From Heterodontus francisci (taxonomy: Eukaryota), in assembly GCF_036365525.1 (NCBI RefSeq), contig NC_090404.1:13668550-13732549 (forward strand): a DNA stretch of 64,000 nucleotides, read 5' to 3'. A program made the translations under genes and the position numbers. This document shows positions 1-10,945 of the stretch, piece after piece. How positions within the stretch are numbered: the stretch's first letter is position 1; each line of letters begins with the position of its first letter. A model generated the notes under the pieces. That model had not been told where the DNA came from and did no database searches. It worked only from the letters and a program-made list of their open reading frames with translations.

Positions 1-552
1 TTCTCTCACCATGAACCCTTCCTTCGTGCTTTGGCAGAATACACCTCAAGGAGACAAATCCAAGAGGATTGACTAGCTACGCACGTGCGAATGTTTTAAC
101 AAACACTGTATCTCAGTGCCTGACAGCAATGCATCTAGGCGGATATCCGACAGAACCGAATTATTGAAGTAGACCTCGGGGGCACGGGTCCGACACATCA
201 AGTGCAATTAGATAAACCAATATCATCTTTACACACAAAAAGTGATGAATGTGTGCAGTACGTTTCATGTCGGAACAAAACGGAGAATTGTTTTAGGAAG
301 GGTTTTGGGCCACAGTGTGGGTGGGTGTTAGGATCTTCCAAAATGGCCGGGAAAATAAGGGCCGAATGGCCTCCCTCATTCCGAATGACCTTGTGAAGCG
401 GAGCAAAGGCAGAGTTGGCCGTTCGCTCAATAAGAAGACAGTGCTAACCAGAAAAATAGCGTGGGCGGCCGGTGCGAACTGGGAGGGAGTGCGAGCTGGT
501 GTCGGTGAGAAACACTGAGGGTGGGAGGTCCGGTGTGAGCTCAGAGACAGTG

Positions 553-560
553 TGACGTCA
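553..560. promoter_or_regulatory. CRE palindrome upstream of V1
   Basis: TGACGTCA about 230 nt before the ATG; CRE-like motifs are typical of TCR V promoters; TATAAT at 715-720. Confidence 0.45.
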
Positions 561-789
561 GAGATAGCGTGAGGTGGTGTCAGTGAGAAAAAGGGAGTGT
601 GGGCAGTCCTGTGTCGGTAAACTTCCAGACTCAGATTGTTTCCTCAGTTTGACAGGAAGAACCCCCTGTGTTGGACCTGAAACGGGAGTTTAGCTCCTTG
701 TTAATTCTCCCGCATATAATATTCGTGTCCTGGTTCTTAGTTGACTGCTGTGCCTAATATCTTCAGACCTTGGTGAATCGGATCTGATA

Positions 790-1124
790 ATGTTCTGGAT
801 TTACAGAGTTGTCTTGCTGTTTTACACTCTGATTTGTACAGATGTGACTGGTGAAGATGGGGTGGTGCAGCTCCCTCGGCTGGTGGTTGTGAATGAAGTG
901 GGAATGGTATCCATGAACTGCTCTGCTACCGCTGCATTTAGCATCTTGCGCTGGTACAGACAGTACCCCAATCAGAGTCCCCAGCATCTGGTGATGGCCA
1001 CACGCGGGACTGATGAACAAGGGAGGATCACTGCTTCAATCGAGGGAGGCAATAAGCTCAGCACCCTGACTGTGAGAATGGCGCAAGTGACAGACACCGC
1101 CACCTATCTCTGTGCAATGACAGC
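790..1124 (+). CDS. TRAV: TCR alpha/delta V segment V1 (open V exon 842-1124; in-frame ATG at 790 gives an unsplit signal-like leader)
   Basis: V-set hallmarks SMNC, WYRQ, DTATYLCA; short CDR2/C'' region; phase-1 acceptor TTTGTACAG at 833-841; followed by a canonical 23-RSS. Confidence 0.9.
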
Positions 1125-1163
1125 CACAGTGTCACAAACAGATGGAGAGTCCGTACAGAAACC
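1125..1163 (+). other. 23-RSS of V1
   Basis: CACAGTG (1125-1131) + 23 nt + ACAGAAACC (1155-1163). Confidence 0.95.
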
Positions 1164-1685
1164 TGCACCGCGGGAGACAGCCGCTTTACTGTATTTGTAG
1201 TAACTGCATTGCGAGCTGCCCGGTAAATATAATCGGGAGTGCGGGGTGATGGCGGTCTGTAGAGAGAATGAGATCAAAAAGTAAATAGAAAAAAGAGAGA
1301 ATGGTAAAGAAATTGAGAAGCAAAAAGAATTTGAAACACAAACAAAGAAAGCACGAAAGGAAGAATGAGAGCGAGAAAGAGAAAACACTTTAATTCGTGC
1401 AGAAGACAGAAAAGTAGGAAAACAATGAAAGACAAATAAATGAAAGTGGGAAAGAACGAGCGTGAAACACAAAGCTAAAATATTACAGTTAAGATAAAGC
1501 CAGAAAGAGATTCAGAAATAACGTAAAATGTACTTTCCTCCAATCTCATTCATTCTCGGTTCCTCTTATCACACAGTTGTATTGTTTGAAACACGTTTCC
1601 CTGTAAAAGGCAGCTTAAAACTGTCCAAAAGCTGAACTCAGTTTGCTTTGCCCATTATCCTGAAAGTGCAAAGTTCTCAGAGTCA

Positions 1686-1700
1686 CCGCCAGAGAGCGCC
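1686..1700 (+). promoter_or_regulatory. CTCF-like motif
   Basis: CCGCCAGAGAGCGCC; paralogous to 8028-8042. Confidence 0.5.
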
Positions 1701-1960
1701 CTGGTCACATGTTTCTCGCTGCTGTCAGCTGGAAATTAGAGACAAACATTGCGGTATCACACCTGAGACAGCATCGCCCACAGCTTCCGTTTCCTATTCT
1801 CGCTCTGACCCGCCTTTCCTGCCCTTTGTTACTGGAGAAATTGCTGCCGCTGGTCCCTGTTTGGCATTAGTTGGATCATCAGTGCAGTTGGGTGGGGACC
1901 TATATTTCTGCTGCCGCAGAGGATTTCCAGGACTGCAAGATTACAAACTCACTGAGCACC

Positions 1961-2458
1961 ATGCGGAACCGTCTCACGCCGCTCCTCATCATTATATCAC
2001 TTGTCAGTAAGTATTTTCTTCCCAGTAAAAAAATAAATCCATTCTCCCCCTGACTGTTGTAATTTAAATTGGTGAAATGATGCTAATTAAGTTGTTTGAG
2101 ATGACTGTGATGATGATGATGATGATGATGATTATTACTATTATTTTCTGCTAGAATGGAGCCACCAAGACTCAGTGGAGCAGGCTGTTCCTGAAATGAC
2201 GGTTGAAGAGGAAAGCAATGTCACATTAACCTGCACCTTAAAAACAAGCAACCGGAGCCCTTATGTGTTCTGGTACAGTCAGCACACCGGGCAGCCTCCA
2301 AAGTACATATTGCATATTGTTGCAGGGACAGTAAATAGGAATTCTGACTTCCCTGACCGATTCTCTTCCACCTTTAATAAAACTACCAAGATTACCTGGT
2401 TTACGATCAGCAATGCCCTGATCTCCGATTCTGCCGTGTATTTCTGTGCCATGAGCCC
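1961..2458 (+). CDS. TRAV: TCR alpha/delta V segment V2, apparently functional (leader exon 1961-2006, V exon 2155-2458)
   Basis: Leader MRNRLTPLLIIISLV + GTAAGT donor; CTAG acceptor; spliced frame KWSHQDSVEQ...TLTC...VFWYSQ...DSAVYFCAMSP is open. Confidence 0.93.
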
Positions 2459-2498
2459 CACAGTGCTGCAGAGAGACAGCGGATTCCGTACAAAAACC
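2459..2498 (+). other. RSS of V2 with 24-nt spacer
   Basis: CACAGTG (2459-2465) + 24 nt + ACAAAAACC (2490-2498). Confidence 0.92.
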
Positions 2499-2522
2499 TA
2501 CACTGATAGTTGCAGTTAGTGC

Positions 2523-2538
2523 TCACCAGAGGGCGCTC
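2523..2538 (+). promoter_or_regulatory. CTCF-binding element adjacent to V2 RSS
   Basis: TCACCAGAGGGCGCTC matches the CCASYAGRKGGCRS core. Confidence 0.7.
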
Positions 2539-3008
2539 TCACACCGATAAACAGAAGCAATAATTCAGCCACCACAGTGAGAGTCACAGGCCCCTTCCGA
2601 AAAGATCAAAAACTGTGCTGAGATTCTTAAAATTGCGAAAAAAACACACCCCGCAACAAGAGCAATCGAGGTATATTTGCAATTATACTAGTTAGTGATT
2701 TCGATTCTCGTTTATAATAAAAATTCACAAATCCAGCTGTGGCACCTCAACTCAACTATTGTCTGTTCAAGCCTTTCCGTGCTTGTTTGTCTCTTCTCAT
2801 CCATGGACTCCACTCTTCATCCCTAATCATCCAAATTTCCTTCTTCCAGGCCTATTTTAACAAAGTAAAACCTTTGCTGCTATTCAGCATATTAATTCTG
2901 AACAGTTCCAGCCCAGCTCATTATAAACAGGAACTGCAGACAGAGCAGTGAATAAACACAGCCTGGCTCACATGCTGCCCACCGACAATTGAACAGGTTT
3001 CAAAATAT

Positions 3009-3022
3009 CCACCAGAGGGCGC
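3009..3022 (+). promoter_or_regulatory. CTCF-binding element
   Basis: CCACCAGAGGGCGC, perfect core. Confidence 0.75.
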
Positions 3023-3482
3023 AAGGAGCAGTGAATTAAATTCCATTTCTCCAACAATAGTGTCAATTTTGTAATTAATTGAAGATTGCCACTTAAAACC
3101 CACCATGAAATCGTTTGGTACATCGGGCAAGTATCAAAGTTTTGAATTCTGATACTAACCAGTAGGCAGAGCAAGTGAGTGAATGTGGCCGGTGAAAGAG
3201 CAAGGAAGAAATATTAAAACGTGAATGGATGTCACACCCTGAGATCTGATTTCTAAAGCCAGTAACTGTACCGATGGATACGGGAGAGAGGACAATGCAA
3301 AACCACCTGTATTTTGTTTCTTTTCCAACACCACATGCTTTTCTAATGAGAGTGAAAGTTATGAGGACAGTTCGTCAGGTGAGCTGGTGTCGTGTTCTTG
3401 TTAACGAGAGCCTGTCCTACATCTCACCCTTGGAACTTTGAACTTGCTCCCCTCGGTCTATCCCTGGCCGTTTCAAACAGAT

Positions 3483-3630
3483 GGCGGCACAGTGGCGCAG
3501 TGGTTAGCACCGCAGCCTCACAATATGGGATTACTGTAGGGTTAGTATAAATGGGTGATTGTTGGTCGGCACAGACCCGGTGGGCCAAAGGGCCTGTTTC
3601 AATGCTAGATCTCTAAATAAATAAATAAAA
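3483..3630 (+). mobile_element. HE1/V-SINE-type tRNA-derived SINE, internally deleted
   Basis: GGCGGCACAGTGGCGCAGTGGTTAGCAC head; CR1-like 3' end GGGCCAAAGGGCCTGTTTC; (TAAA)n tail. Confidence 0.8.
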
Positions 3631-4099
3631 GATGAACAGTAAATCACTGAAAAGTGCCACACTCTCATTGCAACTACAAAGTCCGAAAGTTATGGAGGTT
3701 TAAATAAAGCAGTACAGGCCCCAAGAATGCCAGAACTCACCTGCTATCATTTAAACAGCATTTAAATACAAGCCACAGAAGAAGACAGTGCTCGAAACGT
3801 TGATTACCTTATAGGAGAGTTTATTCTTTATGTTTGTTCAATTGTTGTTCAGTAACAGCAGATATTACCATTCTAATATGACGGATTAATCAAACACATC
3901 GAATAAATTCGGAATCATTGTTAACTCACTCGTTAACTGACCAGTGATGCAAGGCTCACTGGAGTGATGGCTATCAGTGCCCTGATGGCAAGGCTAATGG
4001 CATTCTAGAGAGCAATTTGATCCTGGAATAAGCCAAATCCATTAACAATCCTGTGCTTGTCGGTTATAATAGCCTGACCAGGGATGCATTCCCGCCCCT

Positions 4100-4280
4100 G
4101 GTCCCTATCAGCGGGACCTCGGTTGAGGAAATAGGAAGTACTGTTGTAGAAGGTGGCATCACCAGAACAGATGCAACGAACACGGAGAACCTGAGAGAGT
4201 GGAACGGAGTCCTTACCGGAGGCAGGGTGTGAGGAAGTATAGCCGAGGTGGATGTTGGCGTCGATGGGGTAAAACATGGG
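4100..4280 (-). mobile_element. Penelope-like retroelement fragment
   Basis: Translation YTSSHPASGKDSVPLSQVLRVRCICSGDATF resembles the Penelope RT C-terminal region. Confidence 0.75.
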
Positions 4281-4714
4281 TTCAGACTGTAAAATGAGTT
4301 TTCAGGACTGATATCAGGAAATTCCACTACTTTCACGCACAGAGAGTGGAATAAACTTCCTGTTAGAATGGGGAGGAAAGTACACTGCAATCCATGGATG
4401 AGCGCGTTCCGATCTCTCTGGGTTACAAAGCCATTCCAAGAAGGAGGAGAAGATCGTTCTCATTCAGAACCTGCTTGTGAATTGTCACGTGGTGGGAATT
4501 GGTGTTAATTATGGCACCTAACAATTACAGTACTCCCCATTGGAGAGCATTGTGAAACAGTGAGAAATATTGATTTTGAGCTCAAAAACAGTGAGCGATA
4601 GTGTTAATTAGAAACACAGAGTGTGGCAGTCCCGGTGTGAGCTCAGAGACAGTCAGTGATGACGATATTGACTATGATTGTGACTTTCTGTTAGAATGGA
4701 ACAGCACTCAACAA

Positions 4715-4905
4715 GTCGCCGCTTCTCCTTCTGTCTCTTGAGCACAGCGGATGAATGACAGAATCTCCCCGAATCTGGTCTGAAATACATGTTCGAACAT
4801 GATCCACCGCCATCATTATCATCTTCACCAGCATCATGTTACCAATAATAACGTCTGGGTTTACAGTAGTCGGGGAATTAAGGATATTTTTTTTACTGGG
4901 AAGTC
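4715..4905 (-). pseudogene. Truncated TCR V relic (intron + start of FR1)
   Basis: Acceptor TTTCAG then DQIRGDSVIHPL..TEGEAAT, similar to the 17857-17955 relic; upstream sequence resembles the V2 intron (CTTCCCAGTAAAAAAA, GAT repeats). Confidence 0.6.
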
Positions 4906-5504
4906 TCCTGCACACAGGATGGCGCTCTCTAATCACGTGAGATTTTCATCTTAAACAATTCACAGCTGAATATGCGTCAACAAATGTCACTTATTGCGTC
5001 TAATTACAGCTTGTGTGTATCACGTTATCAATAATTTTATAATTGCAATTCTTGGTGGAACTCATTGACTGCATTAATTTATCCACTTTTCAACTTCATG
5101 AGAGAACGACAAAGAATGGAGAGAGAGAGCGAAAGGGAAAAATAGAAACAGGGAGGGAGAAATGGAAAATGCAGACAGTAAAACAGAAAGGGGGAGGGGG
5201 AGAGAAAGGGATATTCATTGAGAGAGGGACAGAGGCAGAGAGAGAGAGAGAGGGAGACTAACTCCGATTTGCTAGGAAAGAATTTGGAGAGATTCTGCAA
5301 TATTTGGACACAGTTAACACCGATTGGCACACAACTTGCGTCACTTAAGAAAGATCAGCCAATGTTGCCCCTGCGAAGCACCCTTCAGTTTCCAAATAAT
5401 TGAAGCCTGTCCGTGATCTGAGTTTACTCTTTAATATCAGACGACAGAGAGATCAATGTATTTAAAACATGCTTCTATATTCAACCGAACTCTAAACAGA
5501 CGTC

Positions 5505-5959
5505 ATATGCTTCCCACGTTCCTTACTAATCATAATTATCTTGCTACCCGGTGGGTCGATGTTTATTTGGTCAGTGCCTGTTCCAAGTATTACATTTACT
5601 CCCAGACTTCTGATGCATCCTATATTTATATTACAGGAACGTGTGGCAAAGTTTCAATGTCCCAGGAACCGCCTGATTTAACGATTCAGGAAGAAGAGTC
5701 CTTAATATTGAACTGCAATTACTCCACCACCGATACGTTTCCTTACATCTTCTGGTATCCCGGAGAAGCTCCGAGATATTTATTGAAACGATATGGCATG
5801 GGGAAATAGGATAACTCTCCAGACTTCCCAGACCGCTTCGCTGCTGATTTGAACAGAGACACGAAAACGGTTCCTTTAAAATCGGCGGGCTCTTGTCTCT
5901 GACTCTGCCGCGCTGCGCCCCACCCTGTTAAAGAGGTGCAGTCAGTCCATAGAAAAACT
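5505..5959 (+). pseudogene. TCR V pseudogene (leader 5505-5550, V exon 5637-5920, degenerate 23-RSS 5921-5959)
   Basis: Start ATG>ATA relative to paralog 57896; SMSQEPPDLTIQEEESLILNC..FWY; in-frame TAG at 5807; YYC deleted; CACCCTG+23+AGAAAAACT. Confidence 0.88.
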
Positions 5960-6482
5960 GGCAAAGGACTCTCAGCTCCTCTCACCAAATCAGAACTCGG
6001 ACCTGCACGGTTAACTGACAGTATAACAGAAACTAAGCTGTAAAGGCCAGTTTGGCTGCATGGCCTGTTTCTCTGCTGTAATCTCCAAGTAATTCTATTC
6101 AAACCCTCTGCTTTATATTGCCTATGAGTGTTTCTAATGGTCAGTGAGCTGCTATTTTAATAGACGCCTTCGGCACTGACACGAGAACAGCATTTATTAT
6201 TCCCCTTTGCTGCTCCCACCTCAGAGTCTAACCATGTTAAAGGGACAACATTGGTTTACTCTCCGTCCAGTTCCCAGTTTTGAAGAGAACAATTTCACTT
6301 CGTTCCTCTGCTGAAGCGGAGGACAAAGGAGCTGTGAGCTGATTGGATGAGTTGCATAACAATGGAGCTGATTGGATCACACCTGCACTCCGGATATTGC
6401 GCAACATCTTCTCGTCCCTTGACTAAAATCAATTGTAGGTGCAACGAATCCTCTTCAAATCCACCATTACCTCTCAGCAGAC

Positions 6483-6534
6483 ATGTTGGCTATTACTGAC
6501 TGCTTAATCGTCGCAGTTGTAGCTCTCTTGACAG
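6483..6534 (+). CDS. Intact V leader exon MLAITDCLIVAVVALLT
   Basis: ATG, hydrophobic core, phase-1 donor G|GTAAGT; paralog of leader at 60138; in phase with V exon at 7064. Confidence 0.8.
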
Positions 6535-7063
6535 GTAAGTTCGAAGATGATTTAACTCTGTGTTTCACATCTGTCTGATAAATAAGTCAGTGCACTGAAG
6601 ACAGGAATACCAATAAATTGATCCGCAGTGAAGATTATCATCGGGATCCATCTTGTCTCCATACTGTTTGGGAAATCGACAAACTTCGCTCAGTGAATGA
6701 AAGCGGATGAGTTGAGGTGAAATTTCAGGCGAATGGCAGAGCACCCACTCCATCAGGCGGGACCCAATGATTTACTTCGACAGGCACGCGAATAATTAAC
6801 CAGCAGACAGTTTGGAGTTTCACATACACATCACAGGAAGTGAGGCTGAAGATCTGATCCCGTTGGAAGGTTCTGAAATTCATTCAAGGAAGTTTTACCC
6901 ATTCGATCCAAGCACCTTCCTGTTGCAGCTCCTGAGCTGGGAGAAATGTATTTCTGTCCTGATTTAATTCTCAGTTAAGTGTCGTGTATCACGGGTTGAT
7001 TCTGGGGGGATAAACATTGTTAGGTGACATTGTTTAAGTTAATATTGATCTGGGCTCTTACAG

Positions 7064-7370
7064 GACATTGTCGAGGAGACTCCGTTTCACAGACACCGGC
7101 TGCAACAACAGTAAGGGAAGGAGAGAATGTTCAATTGTTCTGCAATTATACAGCTACGAGCATTGCCAATCCTTATCTTTTCTGGTACCGTCAGCACCCC
7201 AGTGGATCCATAGAGTATCTGTTGCAGCGGAACAGTTACAGCGGGAACACAGGTGGAATTCCAGGGAACCATTTTTCAGCGCAGTTCAATGAATCGAGCC
7301 GAACCGTTCCGTTCAAAGTGTCCAAAACAGAACTGACAGACTCTGCGGTGTATTACTGCGCGCTGAGACC
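7064..7370 (+). CDS. TRAV: TCR alpha/delta V segment V3 (open V exon)
   Basis: Acceptor CTTACAG; GHCRGDSVSQTP..QLFC..YLFWYRQ..DSAVYYCALRP without stops. Confidence 0.92.
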
Positions 7371-7409
7371 CACAGAGACACAGAGCTGGGCTGAACCTGT
7401 ACAAAAACT
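7371..7409 (+). other. 23-RSS of V3
   Basis: CACAGAG + 23 nt + ACAAAAACT. Confidence 0.92.
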
Positions 7410-7719
7410 GTCTGACAGTCGCTCAGTATGAGCGAGTCAGGGGAACTATACGACTGGGGCGAGTCTCAGTTGGTGTCCGCATTCGTGATGACATGTTGCT
7501 CTTTTAACTCCAGCACATATACAATTTCCTTCATAATAATCACATTATAAAATATACAAATGTAGTTACGTGACTGAAAGGCATTTATCGAAAGAGATAA
7601 CGAGCGAAAGAGCACTTATATGTGGAAATGTAAGAGGGGAAACATACTGACAATCTGGATCTGATCACCAGCATCCCGCACCATTTGAACAGAAAGGAAA
7701 TGAAAGCGAGTCGCTGTGA

Positions 7720-7825
7720 ATGCGGGTTGTAGTTTGCTTTTGTTTATAATTCGCAGCAACAAGAAGCAAATCTGCGAGCCGATTAATATTTCTATCCCTT
7801 TAGATGTTGTTGTAGGAGACTCGGA
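7720..7825 (+). pseudogene. Possible leader + V-exon-start relic
   Basis: MRVVVCFCL*FAAT leader-like stretch; acceptor CCCTTTAG then DVVVGDS, truncated. Confidence 0.4.
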
Positions 7826-8027
7826 ATTCACCATCAGCATCACCACAACACATCATCCTGTAAATGGGCGATGGAACCGATCCCGAAGACAATCTGAAAG
7901 AAAAACTGAAAGTGATGGAAATACTTAGCAGGTCTGGGCGCATCAGTGGAAAGAGGCAGATTTAAAGTTTCAGGTCTGTGACAATCTGATTGCCTGCTTT
8001 TAACGATTTAAAAAATTCTGATTATGT

Positions 8028-8042
8028 TCACCAGAGGGCGCC
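8028..8042 (+). promoter_or_regulatory. CTCF-binding element
   Basis: TCACCAGAGGGCGCC. Confidence 0.7.
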
Positions 8043-9382
8043 ATGGTTACATGTTTATCGCTGTTCCTTCAAGACTCAGTCCCGTGTTCTTCCTGATTTG
8101 TGGGGGAAACACATCAACATTTGAAACTTGTTTATATTTGTGATAGGGTTTGTGATTTTCAGTAAAATGCTTCCATCACCCCCTCTCTTTTTTCTGTCTG
8201 TTATTCATCGTCAAACCTTCCCCGTACCACACCTATTATTTTTATTGTACAGATACCAAAAATCTTAAAGCAACTGCTGGTGTAAAGCTACCGTTTGAAT
8301 AAAATATATTTTATATCAACCCTGTAGTGAAGGACACAGGCACAGAGACAGGACTGCAACGCGAGTGAGGAGTTTATCCCGTGTCACGAGCCATCACTTC
8401 CCTCTCCAGGTGGTTAATTTCAGCACAGTGGAATTCCGCCTCCTGTGAGTTTCACGCAGACATTATTCTAACGGTTTCACCAGATATTTGTGGAACGGGC
8501 TCATATTCCTCTCCTATACTTTGTCAACACCGGCAGATGATGGCGGTAAGATATTACCTCAAAGTGGCAAATTATCGGTTTGAATGTTAATGAAAATGTT
8601 CACTTCATTTCACCCACTGTCACTGACCAGACTGAAGTGTTGCGAGTGGTTGAGGTGCGGGCTAGGGTTTGATGAACCTTTGATCTCTTTGTGGATAGCT
8701 ACTCTGAATGTTGTGTTAGCGTAATCACTAACGCATTCATTTACAACGCGTTCATTATCCCCGCACCCGCACCACCAACCCCCCACCACCACCCCCCCCC
8801 CCCAACCCCCAAGACGCCAACAGCACTGGTTCAATCCTCGTACTGTCTCTTGTAGTTCATGGAGGTCTGCCTCCTCACCTTGGCCCACGCTTGAGTGGTG
8901 ACCCTCAAGCTATACATTACCATCTGTCTCTCTCTAATGAGGAGAGATGCCTCTGGTCCTTTGGGACGATGGCTAGAACATTATTCCCCCACAGAGTGGA
9001 CACTTCAGTGTAAACACGAATGTTATAGGAGACTGTTGTTAATGCTCTCGATGAGTCGGCACAAAGCAGCATAAAATAAAGTGACCGATTCGGCACCGTT
9101 GGATATAATCTCACAATTAAGCAAAGTTGAAGCTTTCCTCACACCAAAGACCTCACTCACTGAGTGACTGGCTCCTCAGTCCGATACTTTATGTTGTGAC
9201 CATCAGTATCTCTGCTCAAACCCGCTATCCAATGGGAATTACAGAGACAGATCCTGCAGTAACACTTCCCGAGGCAGCCCCGCTCACAGTCTCCGTTTGC
9301 TGCTCTCGCTCTGACCCGCCTTGCATGCCCTGTGTTACTGGAGCGATTGCTGCCGCCGTCCCGGAACTGTCAACAGGCGGGA

Positions 9383-9421
9383 GGTTTTTGTACAGTGAAT
9401 GCCGCGTTTCCTCTCAGTGTG
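9383..9421 (-). other. 23-RSS of V4
   Basis: CACACTG + 23 nt + ACAAAAACC on minus strand. Confidence 0.93.
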
Positions 9422-9855
9422 CGGCTCTATCGCACAGTAATACACCGCCGTATCCGCGCTCTCCGTGCTTTCAATGACAAATTGGCCGCGTTTGTCCGCA
9501 GTGGAAAGATCCAGTTCAAATCGATCCTTTTTCTCTTTTCCACTCGATATTCGCTTTATTACCCAGTCCAGTCCGTGACCGGATTTCTGTTTGTACCAAT
9601 GCATGGCGTAAATGCTGGACATGTCATAGCTGCAGTTTATCGTCACCGAATCCCCACTCTGGACTGTTCTTGCAGTTGGAGACTGGAACACTCGGTCCGA
9701 GAGACATCGACCTGAAAACAACACTCAGATCATGAAATTCCGAAGCAACGTGAATAAAAAATAAATACAGTGGATTATTGAGTTCAGATCCTGTACCTAC
9801 ATGTTAGCAGAGACAGAATCACAGGCAATAGATTCACTGGAACCGAGTAATACAT
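9422..9855 (-). CDS. TRAV: Inverted TCR alpha/delta V segment V4, apparently functional (leader 9855-9801, V exon 9711-9422)
   Basis: Leader MYYSVPVNLLPVILSLLT + GTAGGT donor; TTTTCAG acceptor; DRVFQSP..TINC..MHWYKQ..DTAVYYCAIEP open. Confidence 0.93.
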
Positions 9856-10339
9856 CCTCGTAATTAAAATTATAGTGAGAAAACGGGACACAGTTCACAC
9901 CGGATGAACACGGACTGAGTGAACACATTTGAACAGCCGGCATTTTCAAGTCAGCACCGCCCAGTTAAGGTCTCAGTCACGTGGGTTTTCTGCTCTTCGA
10001 TTGGCTGGAAACGGATATCGTTCACTCGACGTAATTTGTTGATCTGCTGCTAACTTCGCCAGCGGTTCACATCTGGATATGACAGTTGTCTGATGATCAG
10101 CTTATGCCTCTCCTCCTTGTGGAAGGAATTGAGGGGAATCCCATCACTTTGTGATCGTGACTCTGCAAAGGCACAGACCTGGCGCTGGGTTCCAATCCAG
10201 TAAAATCCTTTCCTTACCGAATGAGTAGAGCCTGTAGGACTGTACCTCACAAAGTAAACAACACATTCAGGACAGTCTGAATATCCCTTTCCGAATAGGT
10301 TGGATGGAACCTTTCGAATCCCATCCCATAAAGGAGACA

Positions 10340-10590
10340 ACACAGGAGAGAAAAGTAGATGTGTACACCAGAGAGTGGCAAGAATGTGGAACGCGCTACC
10401 ACAAGAGGTGAAAGCATAGATGCATTTAAGGGGAAGGTAGATAAACAGGTAAGGGAGAAAGGGATGGAAGTAAAAGCTGATGGAGTCAGGTGACGAAACT
10501 GGAGGATGCTCGTGAGGAGTGTGAACCCTGGCATAGACCGGTTGGGCCGAATGACCTTTTATATGCTCTAAATTCTATTTAATTTTATGA
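10340..10590 (+). mobile_element. CR1 LINE 3' fragment
   Basis: GAGAGTGG..TGGAACGCGCTACC..GGGCCGAATGACCT 3' end signature. Confidence 0.65.
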
Positions 10591-10664
10591 AACACTGACT
10601 GTGAATTTCGGTTCATTTGAATGTTAAATCGATGATTTCTGCTTCCGTTAACCGTGTGTTCCAA

Positions 10665-10945
10665 ATCTGAGCGAAGGAGATTCTATTACTCAGCGGGTGT
10701 CCTCGCTCACACAGACAGAGGGAGAAGATGTCACTTTAACCTGCACCAATACCGACCATGGTTATTACTTATTCTGGTACCGCCAATACCCAGGCAGACA
10801 GCCCGAGTCTGCAGTCCGGAGGGACACAAGCGGCGGTGATACTTTTCAGGCGGATTTCGCTCAGAACTGGTTTTCTGATACAGTCCAGCAGTCAGGCAAA
10901 TTGTACCGATTGACCGTCTCGGAGCTGCGGTCTATCACTGTGCAC
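10665..10945 (+). pseudogene. TCR V pseudogene lacking RSS
   Basis: GDSITQRVSSLTQTEGEDVTLTC..YYLFWYRQ..; acceptor AG>AA; FR3 deletion/frameshift before AVYHCA; no heptamer or nonamer follows. Confidence 0.85.

Noticed and set aside
7024-7063. GTG-initiated unsplit leader for V3 (ORF track)
   Set aside because: No ATG; the segment ends in a canonical phase-1 acceptor and is better read as intron
8424-8462. CACAGTG + 23 + ACGCAGACA as an RSS
   Set aside because: Nonamer matches only 5/9 without the A-tract, and there is no V or D context
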